Positions 43,130-56,399 of a DNA stretch of 64,000 nt are shown here, piece after piece. Numbering within the stretch: position 1 is the stretch's first letter; each line of letters opens with the position of its first letter. A program made the position numbers and the translations under genes. Location: the NCBI GenBank assembly GCA_951406725.2, contig OX597829.1, forward strand, positions 21,886,001 through 21,950,000, read 5' to 3'. The stretch is from Octopus vulgaris (Eukaryota). The notes under the pieces were generated by a model. The model was not told the origin of the DNA, searched no databases, and worked only from the letters and a program-made list of their open reading frames with translations.

Positions 43130-43955
43130 GTTAGTCTTTAATTTGTTTATATTTTTCTCTTTTTCCTTTCTTTTGGGGGAAATTTTCTTTCTTTATTGTG
43201 CATATTTTTTTCTGTTATTGTTTTTTGATAGGCACAGGTATGGCTGTGTGGTAAGCAGTTTGCTTCCCCCAACTGCATGGTTTTGGGTTCAGTCCCACTG
43301 CATAGACTTCTACTATAGTCTCAGGCTGGCTAAAGCCTTATGAGTGGACTGGGTAGACGGAAACTGAAATGAGCCTGTTGTATATATTAGTGTGTGTGCG
43401 TGTGTGTATCTGTCTGTCTGTCTGTCTGTGTGTGTGTGTGTGTTTGTGTGTGTGTGTTTATGTTTGTGTTTGTCTCCCACCACCACTTGACAACTGGTAT
43501 CAGTGTATTCATGTCCCTGTAACTTAGCAGTTCAGCAAAAGAGACGAATAGAATAAGTACCAGGCTTTAAAAAAAAATAAGTACTGGGGTGGATTCGTTT
43601 GACTAAAAATTATTCAAGGCGGTGCCCCAGCATGGCCACAGTCTAATGACTGAGACAAGTAAAAGATAAAAAATAAAAGATGTGATTATATATTGTAATG
43701 TTTGTTTTAACAGTTGAATGAATGTTCCACTAATACTCAAACAAATTGAGAAATTAAAAATTAAACCTTTTTTGGCTATTTTCTTAATCCAGTTGCAAAA
43801 CAAAAAAAGATTAATAATGTTTTATGCCCTAGAGAAGTGAAGAAACATTAAATTTTAAATTTTATGTGTCCAACGTGGCATATGAACATTTTCAACTTTG
43901 AGACTTTTCTCTAGTGATATTTCCCTTCAATATATTTATGCACAAGAGCTGAAAT

Positions 43956-44348
43956 GGAATGGAATGGAAGCACTCCGTCGGTTATGACGACGAGGGTTCC
44001 GGTAGATCCAGTCAACGGAACAGCCTGCTCGTGAAATTAACGTGTACGTGGCTGAGCACTCCACAGACACGTGTACCCTTAACGTAGTTCTCGGGGATAT
44101 TCAGCGTGACACAGAGAGTGACAAGGCCGGCCCTTTGAAATACAGGTACAACCGAAACAGGAAGTAAGAGTGAGAGAAAGTTGTGGTGAAAGAGTACAGC
44201 AGGGATTACCACCATCCCTGCCGGAGCCTCGTGGAGCTTTTAGGTGTTTTCGCTCAATAAACACTCACAACGCCCGGTCTGGGAATCGAAACCGCGATCC
44301 TACGACCGTGAGTCCGCTGCCCTAACCACTGGGCCATTGCGCCTCCAC
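43956..44348 (-). mobile_element. Young full-length tRNA-derived SINE with 13-bp TSD and (TTCCA)n tail
   Basis: CAAGAGCTGAAAT at 43943-43955 and 44349-44361; A box TGGCCCAGTGG, B box GGTTTCGATTCC; CpGs retained. Confidence 0.92.
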
Positions 44349-44712
44349 CAAGAGCTGAAATAGCTTGTGGTACAAGGGAATTGTTATGCTGGGAAATAAG
44401 ATAAAGTTCACCTCCCTCTCATTGTTGGCTGCCCAGCTGTACTAATTCCAAACACGTGCCCCACCTGTATCAATTAATCTTAGCAGCTGCTACTACCAAT
44501 CTTGCTAGCTAACATCCATTCATGGCCACTGCAGCAGGCCAAAAGAAGATGACCCTGGTGCTGCTTCCCTCACTTCCTCTCTCCCGCTTCCTGTTCCGGT
44601 CAGACCCCTTAACTGTTGACATCACAGTACTTTTCTTTCGGTTCATCTCACTCCACCCTACACATATATATATAATCCAAAATGTATAGCATTAAATATC
44701 CATCATGGCTGA

Positions 44713-44917
44713 TCTTACCAATCGGTTTTCTCTTAAAGAATACAATGGAGTGTTAGGTACCAAACTGATTATATAACTTTATGCTCATCAGAGTTAGCAT
44801 AGAGAGCAGTCACCATATTCCCTTCCATATTGGCTAACTCTGATGAGTGTAAAGTTATATGATCGGTCTGTTACCTAACACTCTATTGTATTCTTTACGC
44901 GAAACTGATTGGTAAGA
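44713..44917. ncRNA. Head-to-head inverted pair of hammerhead ribozyme motifs
   Basis: + copy CTGATGA (44840)-GTGTAAAG...CTTTACGC-GAAAC (44901)-TGATTG-GTA; antisense copy 44713-44798. Confidence 0.8.
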
Positions 44918-44995
44918 ATGGAAATGCATGAGAAATACTGGCTTATACTTCCATAGCTTTCTGCTAACATTCTTTAATTTCTTCAATTTCTTCAG

Positions 44996-45185
44996 GTGGA
45001 AATTATTGGTGACGCTTATTTAGTTGCCAGTGGACTACCTCACAGGAATGGAAATAGACACTCGAGTGAAATCGCCGATATGTCATTATTTGTGGTTAGC
45101 GCAATGTTATCTTTCAAAGTGGCGCACATGCCAAACCATAAACTACAGGTCCGTATTGGGCTTCATACAGGTCCTTGCTGTGCAG
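44996..45185 (+). CDS. Receptor guanylyl cyclase exon, catalytic domain
   Basis: branch-point-like gctaac at about 44963, ttcag/gtaaga, 190 nt; [22 protein letters not shown]...[11 protein letters not shown]. Confidence 0.97.
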
Positions 45186-45237
45186 GTAAGACATATATAT
45201 ATTTTTTATATTATATTAATTACACTTTTTCTAATAA

Positions 45238-45700
45238 TGGTGGTAGTGGTGGCAGTGGCAGTGGTTGCGATGGTGGTGGCAGTGGCTGTAGTAATGTATA
45301 AATGGTGGTGACGGTGGTGGTGGTGGTGGTGGTGGTGGTGATGGTAGTGGTGGTGGTGGAGGTGGTGATGGGGTGGTGGTGGTGGTGGTTGTGGTGGTGG
45401 TAGTTGTGGTGGTTGTGGTGGTGGTTGTAGTAGTTGTTGCAATTGTGGTGGTGGTGGTAGTAGCAGTCGTGGTTGTGGTGGTGGTGGCAGTGGTGGGGAT
45501 GACAATGGTGGCTATGGTGATGATGATTTTGGTAACATGGTACTGGTGGTGGTTTTTGGAGGGGGTTTTTGGATGTTGGCAGTGGTAGTGGTGGTGGTGG
45601 TAGTGGCAGCTGTAGTGGTAGCGGCAGCAGTGATGACAGCAGTGGTAGTTATGGCGATGAGGATGTTGTTGGTAATGGTGGTAGCGGTGGCAGCGGCAAA
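45238..45700. repeat. Degenerate (GGT)n microsatellite
   Basis: direct inspection. Confidence 0.9.
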
Positions 45701-46219
45701 AATATATAGTGTTCAGTGATTTCTCTTGTTCTAACGGTATTCTGCCATATCAGTTAAAATGTGAGAATGTTTTGCACAGTTAGAAGGTCTCTTATTGTAC
45801 TACACAGTACTGTGCATTCTTATTCGCAAAACCATAATACTGCATGCGGTAGTTTGCTACCATATAAGATATAAAGAATTCAAATTTATTAAAATGGAAG
45901 AAAATTCGGTTTAGGAAGAAAGGTTTGGGTATTTGGTACAATGATTTGAGTCAAATATTTTTATAAGAATTTGTTCTATCTTTTGATGTTTGGGTTTAAC
46001 CTTCACTGAACAAATCTTGAACAAATTTCAGTTTTGCCTCTTTTTCTGAATCAGTTTTGGGGCCCATTTTTAGGAAGAGGATGTGTATATGTGTATGAGT
46101 ACATGTGTGTGTGGGTGTGAGAGAGAGAGAGAGTGTGTGTGTGCGTGTGTGTGAGTATGTGTGTTTTGTATGTGCATGAATATTTGTATGTGTAGGAGTG
46201 GTCTGTGTGTGTTTATATG

Positions 46220-46338
46220 GCTTAAGGCCATATCACATTGAAAACACCGGTTCTCGGCCAATCACCAAAGTTAAGCAACATCAAGCCTAGTGAATACTTG
46301 GATGGGTGACCGCTTGGGAAACCTGGGGGCTGTAAGTG
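46220..46338 (+). pseudogene. Full-length 5S rRNA-derived copy
   Basis: gcttaaggccatatcacattgaaaacaccggttctcg...agttaagcaac...tacttggatgggtgaccgcttgggaa...gctgtaagt; about 119 nt with the terminal stem retained. Confidence 0.9.
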
Positions 46339-48045
46339 TCACATTTTACGTGTAGGAGTGGCTATGTGGTAAGTAGCTTGCTTATGAATCACATGGTTCC
46401 AGGTCCAGTCCCTCCCCCCAACATCACTTCACAACCAATGCTGGTGTGTTTATGTCCCTGTAACGTAGTAGTTCGACAAAAGAGACTGATAGAATAAGTA
46501 CTCGGTTTACAAAGAATAAGTCCTGTGATTGATTTGTTTGACTAAAGGTGGTGCTCCAGCATGGCTGCAGTCAAATGACTGAAACAAGTAAAAAAGTAAA
46601 AGTGTATGAGTATGTGTGTGTGTATGAGTATGTGTAGCTATAAAATGGAGTAGATAAATTGGAGTACCAGTCAAGTACGGAGTAAATGTATTTGATAAAC
46701 AATCTGCATCAACATACAATAGAATTAGCAAGAGTTAGCGTCTGTACTAACATACAATGGGCTAGTTGAACTAACCATGCCCAAAACCCTAACTCCAACT
46801 ATGAGGCTCTGATGACAAGGGAAGTAACTCAATTTTTGAAGTATGCTACTGTCACATCAATATCATTGGGTTATCTGGTAAGTTTGTGCCGATTTTTAAA
46901 GGAAAGAAAAAGGTCAATAAATACTTGCTATTACATTTTTAATCAACCAAATATGAACCATTTTGTTGCACAATGCGTCTCCATCTTTCCTTTTACTTGA
47001 AAATACCCTCTTCTCAGAATTGAGGTGGTTTCAGGGTAAAGAATTCATCAAGGTATCTTTTTACATCATCCAAGGAATTGAAATTTTTACCATTAAGACT
47101 ATTCTGCAGAGACCTGAATAAGTGAAAATCCGAAGGAGCAATATCTCATGAATATGGAGGGTGGGGTAACACATCCCAGCTGAGCTGCAGCAATTTTTGT
47201 CTGGTTCCCAAAGCATCAAGTGCTGAAAATGAACTTTCTTATCTTCCATTTTAAAGGGTTACAGAATTAACCTTCTTCCTCTAAAAGATAGCTTAAACTG
47301 TGCTCTAAATGGAGGTGTAGTCAAATCCTATTTTATGGACTCAACCATGTTCTAAAATAATTTGAAAGGTAAGCTACTATAAATCGGCACAAACTTTCCA
47401 GACAACCAAATATCTATCTGTAGTCCACTATATTACTGTGAGCATACACTTAAATATATATACCAACATATATACAACTGACACCCTGTTGGTTACAACA
47501 ATGTGTGTTCCAGTCGATTTGATCAACGGAACAGCCAGATTTTGGAAATAATGTGCATGTGGCTGAGTACTCTACAGACATGCATACCTTTAACGTAGTT
47601 CTCAGGTAGATTCAGTGTGACACAGAATGTGACGAGGCTGGCCCTTTTCAATTACAGGTACAATTCATTTTTGCCAGCTGAGTGGACTGGAGCAATGTGG
47701 AATAAAGTGTGTTGCTGTGAGCCAAAATATCCTAAACACTAAGCCATGCATCTTCACAACATATACATACATATATCTCATACACATACACACACACATA
47801 CTCATACACATATGCATATACTCATAGACACACACATACCCATAGACACATGCACACACTCATACACATACACACACACATATACATGTACATTGTTGCA
47901 CATACACACATATTCATACTCATACACACACACACTCATAAACATACACACACACTCACATGCTCACATGCACATATACACATACACACACACATATATA
48001 CTCATAGACACACACATACTCACTCATATACACACACATATACAT

Positions 48046-48079
<34 letters not shown>

Positions 48080-49482
48080 TTACATATACACACATATTCA
48101 TACTCATATACATACACACACACTTATAAACATACACATACACTCACATACTCATACGCACATATATATACACACACACACACACATATACTCACACACA
48201 CACATACTCCTACACATACGCAAAAATACTCATACACATACATACACACACATATACACACACACACATGCATACACTCACACACGTTATCGTACACATA
48301 CACATCCCCTTCATAAAAATGGGCCCCAAAAGGGATTCAGAAAAAGAGGTAACCTTTTACAAGTTTCGTTTTGAAAACTGAAATTTCTTCAAGATTTGCC
48401 AACATATTTGTTAATATATCGTAATTTCTTCTAATTTTGGCACAATTTTGATGGTAGGGGATAAATCAACTACATTGACTCTGGTGGAAGGATGAAAGGC
48501 TAAGTCAATCTCAGTGGGATTTGAACTCAGATCATAAAAACAGCTGAAAGAAATGCCACAAAACTTTTTTCCCAGTGTGATGACAGTTCCACTAACCTGA
48601 GATACCTAATTGACCATAATTAAATGTAGCATAATAAGAACGTACCCTTAATTTGTCATAATTATTAAAATGCATCAATGAAAGAGTATGAAAAGTTTGT
48701 TTTAGTTAGAGGAGGTGGAACGGTGCCAATGACATTTTTACAAGAATTTCATTATTGATGAAGGAATGAGAGAGAGGGGGAGATAGAATGTGTGTGAGAG
48801 AGAGAGAGAGAATGTCAATTGATTTGTAGATATTGAAGAAAGATGTGCCTCTGTCTTCAGACCAGAAATTGTTTGCAATACTTATTTGGACTCCACTAAA
48901 TGCCTCTGAGGATCAAGAAACATTAAGCTGGATTAAGTCTGTCAACCAATGTGAAATCTATTTGACTGAATTCCACACATTTTATGTCTACTCAAAATTT
49001 CACTCACACAGTTCAGGTCAATTTCAAGTTGTGGCGGTTGAGAGATTTGCTCAAGGTTCTGCACAATTGGGATGATTCTAGAATCATGATTATAAAGCCA
49101 ACTTTGCCAATTATATTTGCAATTCAATATTGAGTATCTGCAGTTAAGGGCCATTTACAGAACTGGTTGAATTCTAAGAGTTGATGGCAATAAAAGGAAG
49201 ATCTGAATTGAATTACAGAAAGAAGATAAAGGGAATTTTTCTTAGAGTTCTAAGAAGTTAGTATATGCAATTTCTACAGACTGAAGATTTGGAAATGAAT
49301 GGAATCTGGTGGAAAGAGAGAATAAAAATAGTATGAGAAAAGAAATTTGGAAATCACAAGAACCTACATGAAAATCAATAGAAATTTGGAAGAAATAACT
49401 CAAGAGTATTCATAAGTTCCTTTTCAAAAGATAGCATGAAAATTATGGTTATTATTATTGCCAACCCCTGCTGCTGCTGTTG

Positions 49483-49521
<39 letters not shown>

Positions 49522-49522
49522 G

Positions 49523-49567
<45 letters not shown>

Positions 49568-50502
49568 TATTATTGTTTTTGTTGTTCTCATTTTATCTTT
49601 GATTCTGTTTTATTTTATTTTCTGGAATAACCATGTGATAGTGAACTGACCGATACCAATATTCCTGGTCTGAGAGCGATTTTAGGAAGACGTACCAATT
49701 ATATAATTGGAAGGTCGGCCTAAATGGAACAACAATAATGTAAAATTGTAAATTCTTTGCTGCTAGTTTCAAACTGAGAGCTAATAAGGACACTCTTAGA
49801 TAATTAACTCACTTATAAGGAAAAAAATTTCATACCATTAACTTTCTTCTGATCTCAACAGCAAAAAGCTTTTACTCTGAAACTCATTATAAAAAAATAA
49901 GAAGAAAAAGTAATCATTCTTTGATGTTACAAAATTAAAAAAAGCTTCCAAGGTAGACAAGACTATGATGATATGATTTTTATTTCTCCTTTATATATTT
50001 TTCCTTTGAATATTTATTTTCTTTTTTGTTTCTTCCTTTCTTTTTCTTTATATATTTTTTAAACTAATTTCTCTCCCTTTTGCTTTATATATTTTTTAAA
50101 ATAATTTTTTTTTTCTTCACCTTCTTTGTCTTCATCTTTTTTCTTTTCTGTATTAATTTTCATTCCTTTTTTTTAACTCTCTCTTTCTTTATTTTTGTTT
50201 TTTCCCTTTTTACTCTCTTTTTCGGTTTTTTTTTTGCCTTTTTACATCTTTTTTTTCTTTCCTTTTTTTTAATTTCCTGGAGGATTTTTATCATATAAAT
50301 CAATAATAGCAATAATTGTTTCTAATTTAGACACAAGGCCACCAATTTTGGTGAGCGAGAGTTGGTCAATAACATTGACCTGAGTACTTGATTGGTGCTA
50401 CATTTCCTCAACCCCAGAGGAATGAAAGGCAAAGCTGAGCTCAGCAAGATTTGAACACTCTGTTTAAAAAGTCAAAAGAATTATCACAAGACATATCTTC
50501 CA

Positions 50503-50533
<31 letters not shown>

Positions 50534-50539
50534 ATAATA

Positions 50540-50574
<35 letters not shown>

Positions 50575-50576
<2 letters not shown>

Positions 50577-52397
50577 ATGGACAGGCTAATGATACCGTCG
50601 GGGGTGGTTATGAAGCAGATAGAAGAGACGGGTTATAAGTACTTGAGGATTTTGGAAATGGATAAATTGATGGAATGACAGAAATGACAGAAAAATTTAA
50701 AGTGGAGTACTTGCGCAGACTGAGACTGATCCTTAAGTCGAAATTAAATGGACGGAATAAGATCAAAGGTATCAATACCTGGGCAGTTTCACTCCTTAGC
50801 AAGGGTAATCGCATGGACAGTAGATGAACTAAACAGCTTAGACAGAAAGACAAGGAAGTTACTAACTAGATATGGTTTACTCCACTCAAAAGGTGACATG
50901 GACAGAAAAAGAGGGAGAAGAGGATTTATTGGATGTTAACATAGCAATAGAGCAGAAGAAAACAACATAGCATGGTATGTAAAAAAATGCCACAGAACCA
51001 CTATTATTAGAAGTAAGAAGGTCAGGTTTGTGTAGGATGAAAGATTGCAAAGATAAAGCACTGTACAAGCAACTGAAAAAAAAAATGAAACTGAAAATAG
51101 GTGGGTAAAGAAAAGAATGCATGGTCAATTTCATAGGGATGTTGAAGATAAGACAGAGTGAGAAAAAAGACGGCTGTGGATGACTAAAAGTGATTTAAAA
51201 CCGGAAACGGAGGCTCTAATCTGTGCTGCCCAAGAGCAAGCACTAAGAACAAACTACATAAAATACAAAATAGACAACACAGCAGAAAGTGATAAGTGCA
51301 GAATCTGTGGACAAAATGGTGAAACCGTATGGTATATAACCAGCCAATGTACACCACTAGCCCAGAAGGAATATAAGAGACACCACAACAATATAGCCAG
51401 GCTTGTCCATTGGACACTTTGCAACAAGTATGGACTTGACAGAGCAAAACATTGGTACAACCACAAAGCTGAAGGCAACATCGAAAATAGAAATGCAAAG
51501 ATCCTATGGGATTTTATGATTCAGTGTGACCATGAGATAGAGAATAAGAACCCTAGTCATAATATCAATTTCATCTTCTAATTATGTGTCTCTTGAGGTC
51601 TCTGGGTGAAACTGAGACAACTTGTACAGATACAAAGCAAAAGCCAAACATATAACAACAACAACAACAACAACAACAATAATGGCCATGAACTGGAGGG
51701 TCAACCTGAGGAATTAGCAAGTGTCTCTGCTGTGCCGCATCTGCAATAGTGTGGATGAAACCATTGCCCATATCATGAACGAATGCCCTAGACTTGCTCA
51801 AAACTACAAGTTGTGGTGACACGACCAGGCGGTAAAAATATTACATTGAAAACTGTGCAAAAAGTGGGGTCTAGGGAGAGGCAAGACATGATACGAGCAC
51901 AAACTGCAGAGAGTGTAAGTGTCGGAGACTAGCAAAATCCTTTGGGATTTCCCAATCCAAACAGATCAGGCACTAGAGCATAACAGACTAGATCTAGTGG
52001 TGATGGACAAGGTGCAGCACATATGCTATATAGTTGATGTTGCATACCCCTTTGACCCACAAATAATCAAGAAGGAAAACGGAAAGATAGATATATACAA
52101 CCCTCTTAAGTACGAAAAAGCCTGTCTATGGAAAATGAAGAAGGTGAAGATAATGCCAATTATTATTATGTCCTTGGGAACCAATAGAAAGCATCAAGGG
52201 GAATATAAAGGATATTGGAATAAGAGTGCTCAGTAGAACTGTTGTTACAAAAGGTTTGCCTCCTTGGCATGGCCAGAATAATCAGGAAAGTATTAGATAG
52301 CTGAAAAGAACGAATAGCATGGTACCGTAGGCTGCAGGCAATAAGCCCACTACGCATGCAAGACTCGAGCTGCTCCAACAAAACCTGTGATAAAGAG

Positions 52398-52398
<1 letters not shown>
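50575..52398 (+). mobile_element. Cluster of R4/Dong fragments in (AAT)n/(AAC)n tracts
   Basis: LKPETEALICAAQEQALRTN..CRICGQNGETVWYITSQC..KILWDF; ILWDFPIQTDQALEHNRLDLVV; 51585-51653 matches the 3'UTR of the 5166-8492 element. Confidence 0.88.
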
Positions 52399-52450
<52 letters not shown>

Positions 52451-53106
52451 GCCCTGATGCAGTACCAGACAGTGGCTCTCATGGCTTCTGATCTTAACTG
52501 ATTGGAAGTGTTATCATGTACATTGTTTTGTCTTGGTATAAAAGATGGGCTACAGCAAATATTCTGCTCAATACCACAGATTTGCTTGTCAGTTGTTTGA
52601 CCGTAACCAGTTGAGCATGCCCCTTAGTGGCTGACGATATGTGAATCTCTGATTACGAGCAGAAGTAGTGGGGGAGCATCATAGCCATGTTTTGAGAGGG
52701 ATTCTTTGGGGTTTGGTTCATTCACCTCTAGAAACATGGGTGTTTTGTTCAGCATCCTTAAACAACCCTTATTCGCAGACATTTTGAGTGGGATGGGCTA
52801 CTCAACCTGAAGAAAATTCTAACAGGACCCCACCTGCAAGGTCATGTGCTGTTTATCTTGATATGAGATCACCATGTCGTGCACATATGGTTGTGATGCA
52901 TGTGCCTGGTGTGCCCTTATCAGACGGGTAGTCATGATGGGTATACTGAGCTTTGTATATTTGTATCCCAGTGTCCATTTGATAGCATGCACTGCTCTTT
53001 CACTCAATAATAATAATAATAATAATATTTTAAAAAGGATTGACGTAACTCTTCACGATTGTAAACAGTCAAGATGAAGAGCGTGATTCGATAGTAATAG
53101 ATATTC

Positions 53107-54788
53107 TATTGGTTGCATATTTCAACTGTAAATCTGTCTTTGTCAAGCTCAAAATAAGAGGTAATAAAAATTCTAAATTATAGCAATTTAAATTTAAAGT
53201 ATGAACGAGAGCAACCAGCATCCACACATTGATGGAATGACATCATCAGTTTTTAAATTACAATTTCATAACAGGCAAAAAGAAAAAACACAGAAAAAAG
53301 AGAAGAAAAATGAGGAAAGAAAAAAAAACAAAAGGAAAAAGAAGAATATTTAATCAAATAGTTTCGTATAATTCTGATGATATTCTCCTGTCATCTTATT
53401 CATTCCTCCAGAGTGTGATGCTAACAACCCACAAACATATTTCTCCTCTTACATTCTGAGAAGTGAAAGTGAAGCAGATTCAGAATATTTTCTGAGAAGA
53501 TGCACTTTCAAGACTTCTTCAAAATTGCAGCCGCTTCAAATGAAATGTTCAACAAGTTCTGTTAAACTACTGTTATTGTGCCTGACATCAAATCTGTGCC
53601 CATTAAACCTTTTGTTTAATTGTTCTGTTGTACAACCAACATGAATCAAGTTGTGTTTCATACATTCTGCTATGTACACCAAATGTGAATCTCTACATGT
53701 CCCACCTTCTGTTTAAATCATAACATTTCTGTTGTGATTCCTGATGGAATTCACTTGACTCGTGTTGTTGTACAATGAACAGGGCATACCTCTCTTGCAG
53801 CTGTTTTTCAAGGTACAGCGTGAAGATACTCCAATGTTCGTTTTCTTGGAGTCAGATATAGAGGTCTATAATTCTCTTATATTCTTATTCCGTCTAAAGG
53901 CTACAATAGGCAGCCGAGGAAATATCTGTTTGAAATGAGGATATTTTTTCACCACATGCTGATAACTTTCATGCAAACTTTTGAAATGCCAGCGAAATTT
54001 TGGTGCCAGTTAATCACTAAAGGAATTCTGTCATCTATTGTATTGCATTTGCAATGAAGGTCTGACTAGCTTTGCTAACCTTAGCTATTTCATTTGCTAT
54101 TTCCTTTAATCGTGATTCACTGTAACTGCCTATAGTACCATGCTATTCATTCTTTTCAGCTATCTAATACTTTCCTGATTATTCTGGTCATGCCAAGGGG
54201 GCAAGCCTTTTATAACAGTTCTACTGGGCACTCTATTCCAATTTCCTTTATATTCTTCTTGGTACCTTCTGATACTGTTCCCAAGGGCCCAGCAATAATT
54301 GGCCCTATCTTCACCTTCTTCATTTTCCATAGCCAGGTTACAGAACTTGTCAAACATTTCGTTTCAAGCGGCTGCAAGAAGACTTGAAAGTGCATATTCT
54401 CAGAAAATATTCTGAATCTGCTTCACTTTCACTTCTCAGAATGCATGAGGAGAAATATGTTTGCAGGTTATTAACATCACGCCCTGGAGGGATGAATATG
54501 ATGACAGGAGAATATCATCAACTTCATACAAAACTGTTTGATTAAATATTCTTGTTTTTCCTTTTGTTTTTTCTTTCCTCATTTTTCCTGTCTTTTTTCT
54601 GTCTTTTTCTTTTCGCCTGTTAAAAAACTGAGACTTAAAGACTGATGATGTCATTCCATCAACATGTGGACACTGGTTGCTCTCGTTCATACTTTTAATT
54701 TAAATTTCTATAATTTTGAATTTTTATCACTTCTTATTTTGAGCTTGACAAAAGACAGGCTTACTGTTGAAATATCGCTCAACCAATA
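53107..54788 (-). mobile_element. Penelope-like fragment (GIY-YIG) with ~450-bp inverted ends and an embedded Dong 3' fragment (about 54125-54338)
   Basis: minus GGTCRDSHLVYIAECMKHNLIHVGCTTEQLNKRFNGHRFD; arms 53107-53562 / 54340-54788. Confidence 0.8.
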
Positions 54789-55008
54789 ATAATAATAATA
54801 ATAATAACAACAACAACAACAACAACAACAACCCTTTCTATTATAGGCATTAGTCCTGAAATTATCATTATTTGTAATTTCTTTATATCAGTTCAATTTC
54901 ATTTGGTATTTCTATGAAGAAGAGAGGAAAAGATGCATAATAAATTTTTTTAAATATGCATAATCAAATTATACTTCATTAATATACATTTAATTTAATA
55001 TGCTTTGA

Positions 55009-55119
<111 letters not shown>

Positions 55120-56399
55120 TAAAAAATTCAGTTGACACAACATGGCAAAGAAAAAAGTACTTCAGGCATCTTGACATTCTAAATTCACTCGGAGTAGGAT
55201 CTCACATATGTGACATAATGAGTTGAAAAATTTGGATCAAATGAATTTATGCAAGAAAATTAGAAGGCAATCTCTCAGGAGAGGGAATGTTTGAAATTTT
55301 TTTTAAAAACAAAGGGAAAAACAACAACCAGGGGAGATAATTCTAATAAACTAGCCAACAAAATTTTAAAACATTTTTATCATTTCTTTTATTATTTTTA
55401 TTTTTATTTTCATTTATCTACATTTTTTATGAAAATAAAGGCAATATGAATTGTTGGAATAAATCACTGGGATCTTTGTGGTTTTCAACACTGCTTACAA
55501 TGTTGTTCCATTTGTTTTCAAGTTTGGTATATGGATTAAGTTTTGTATACTAATTATGAAAATTAAATTCATTTTCCCTACAAATCCATAATTAAAAAGT
55601 TATTAGCCTTTAAAATTTGCAAAATTTGGGTATTTTAGTCAATCAGAAGCGAGTGTTTTACACATCAAGGTAGCAAAAAACTGTGTTTCCATAGTAACCA
55701 AAGATGCTGTGCATGCACACAAGGAGGAGAGGGAGATACAAGGAATATAATCGTCTACTATAATAATACTCATGTGTTTTTCTCCGTCACAGCATATGAA
55801 TGAGAAAGGAAGGGGTGATAGATGAATAAAGAAGGAAGGGGTGATGGCAAACTGGTGGGATGGTGAACATTCAATACTGAAAAGAAAAATCAAACAGCAT
55901 TTCAACTCTGTGTGAGTATATGTGTGTATGTGTGTGCATGTACAACGGAAGTATGTGAATGTATGTGGACATTGACAAGTGTATTAATTTATCATCCATA
56001 TTTATATACAAAATACTGCAATTAGCTGTCATTTTTGACGACACAGTGCTAACCAGTTTATTTCATAAAATCCTAGTGTGTATTGCAAACATGCATTCTT
56101 CAATATTTTTAACTAATAATTGTGTGTATTAAACAATATTTTGACTGTCATTTCTAGCAACCTTTGTTGGTTTGTTTGTTCGTAGCTTTTAAATATTTAA
56201 TTTGCTTGCGAATGTTTTAATGTTACCTTCATTCATGTATATTTTAATGTTTTGACTGTTATTTCTAGCAGTGTTTTGACATGCTGATGTGCAAGAATAA
56301 TAAATAATAAGAGCACATGAGAAAAAGATGTTCTGAAATGCTTAGAAGGCTCCCTAGAAATAGTCCAATTATATTGTAAACGACTCATTTTTATTTACA

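Noticed and set aside
46220-46338. Functional 5S rRNA gene
   Set aside because: Isolated intronic copy with many substitutions, largely at CpGs; treated as a pseudogene or SINE head
54476-54545. Hammerhead in the second Penelope inverted arm
   Set aside because: Only CTGGAGG and (G/A)AAAC remnants with no convincing stems I and III
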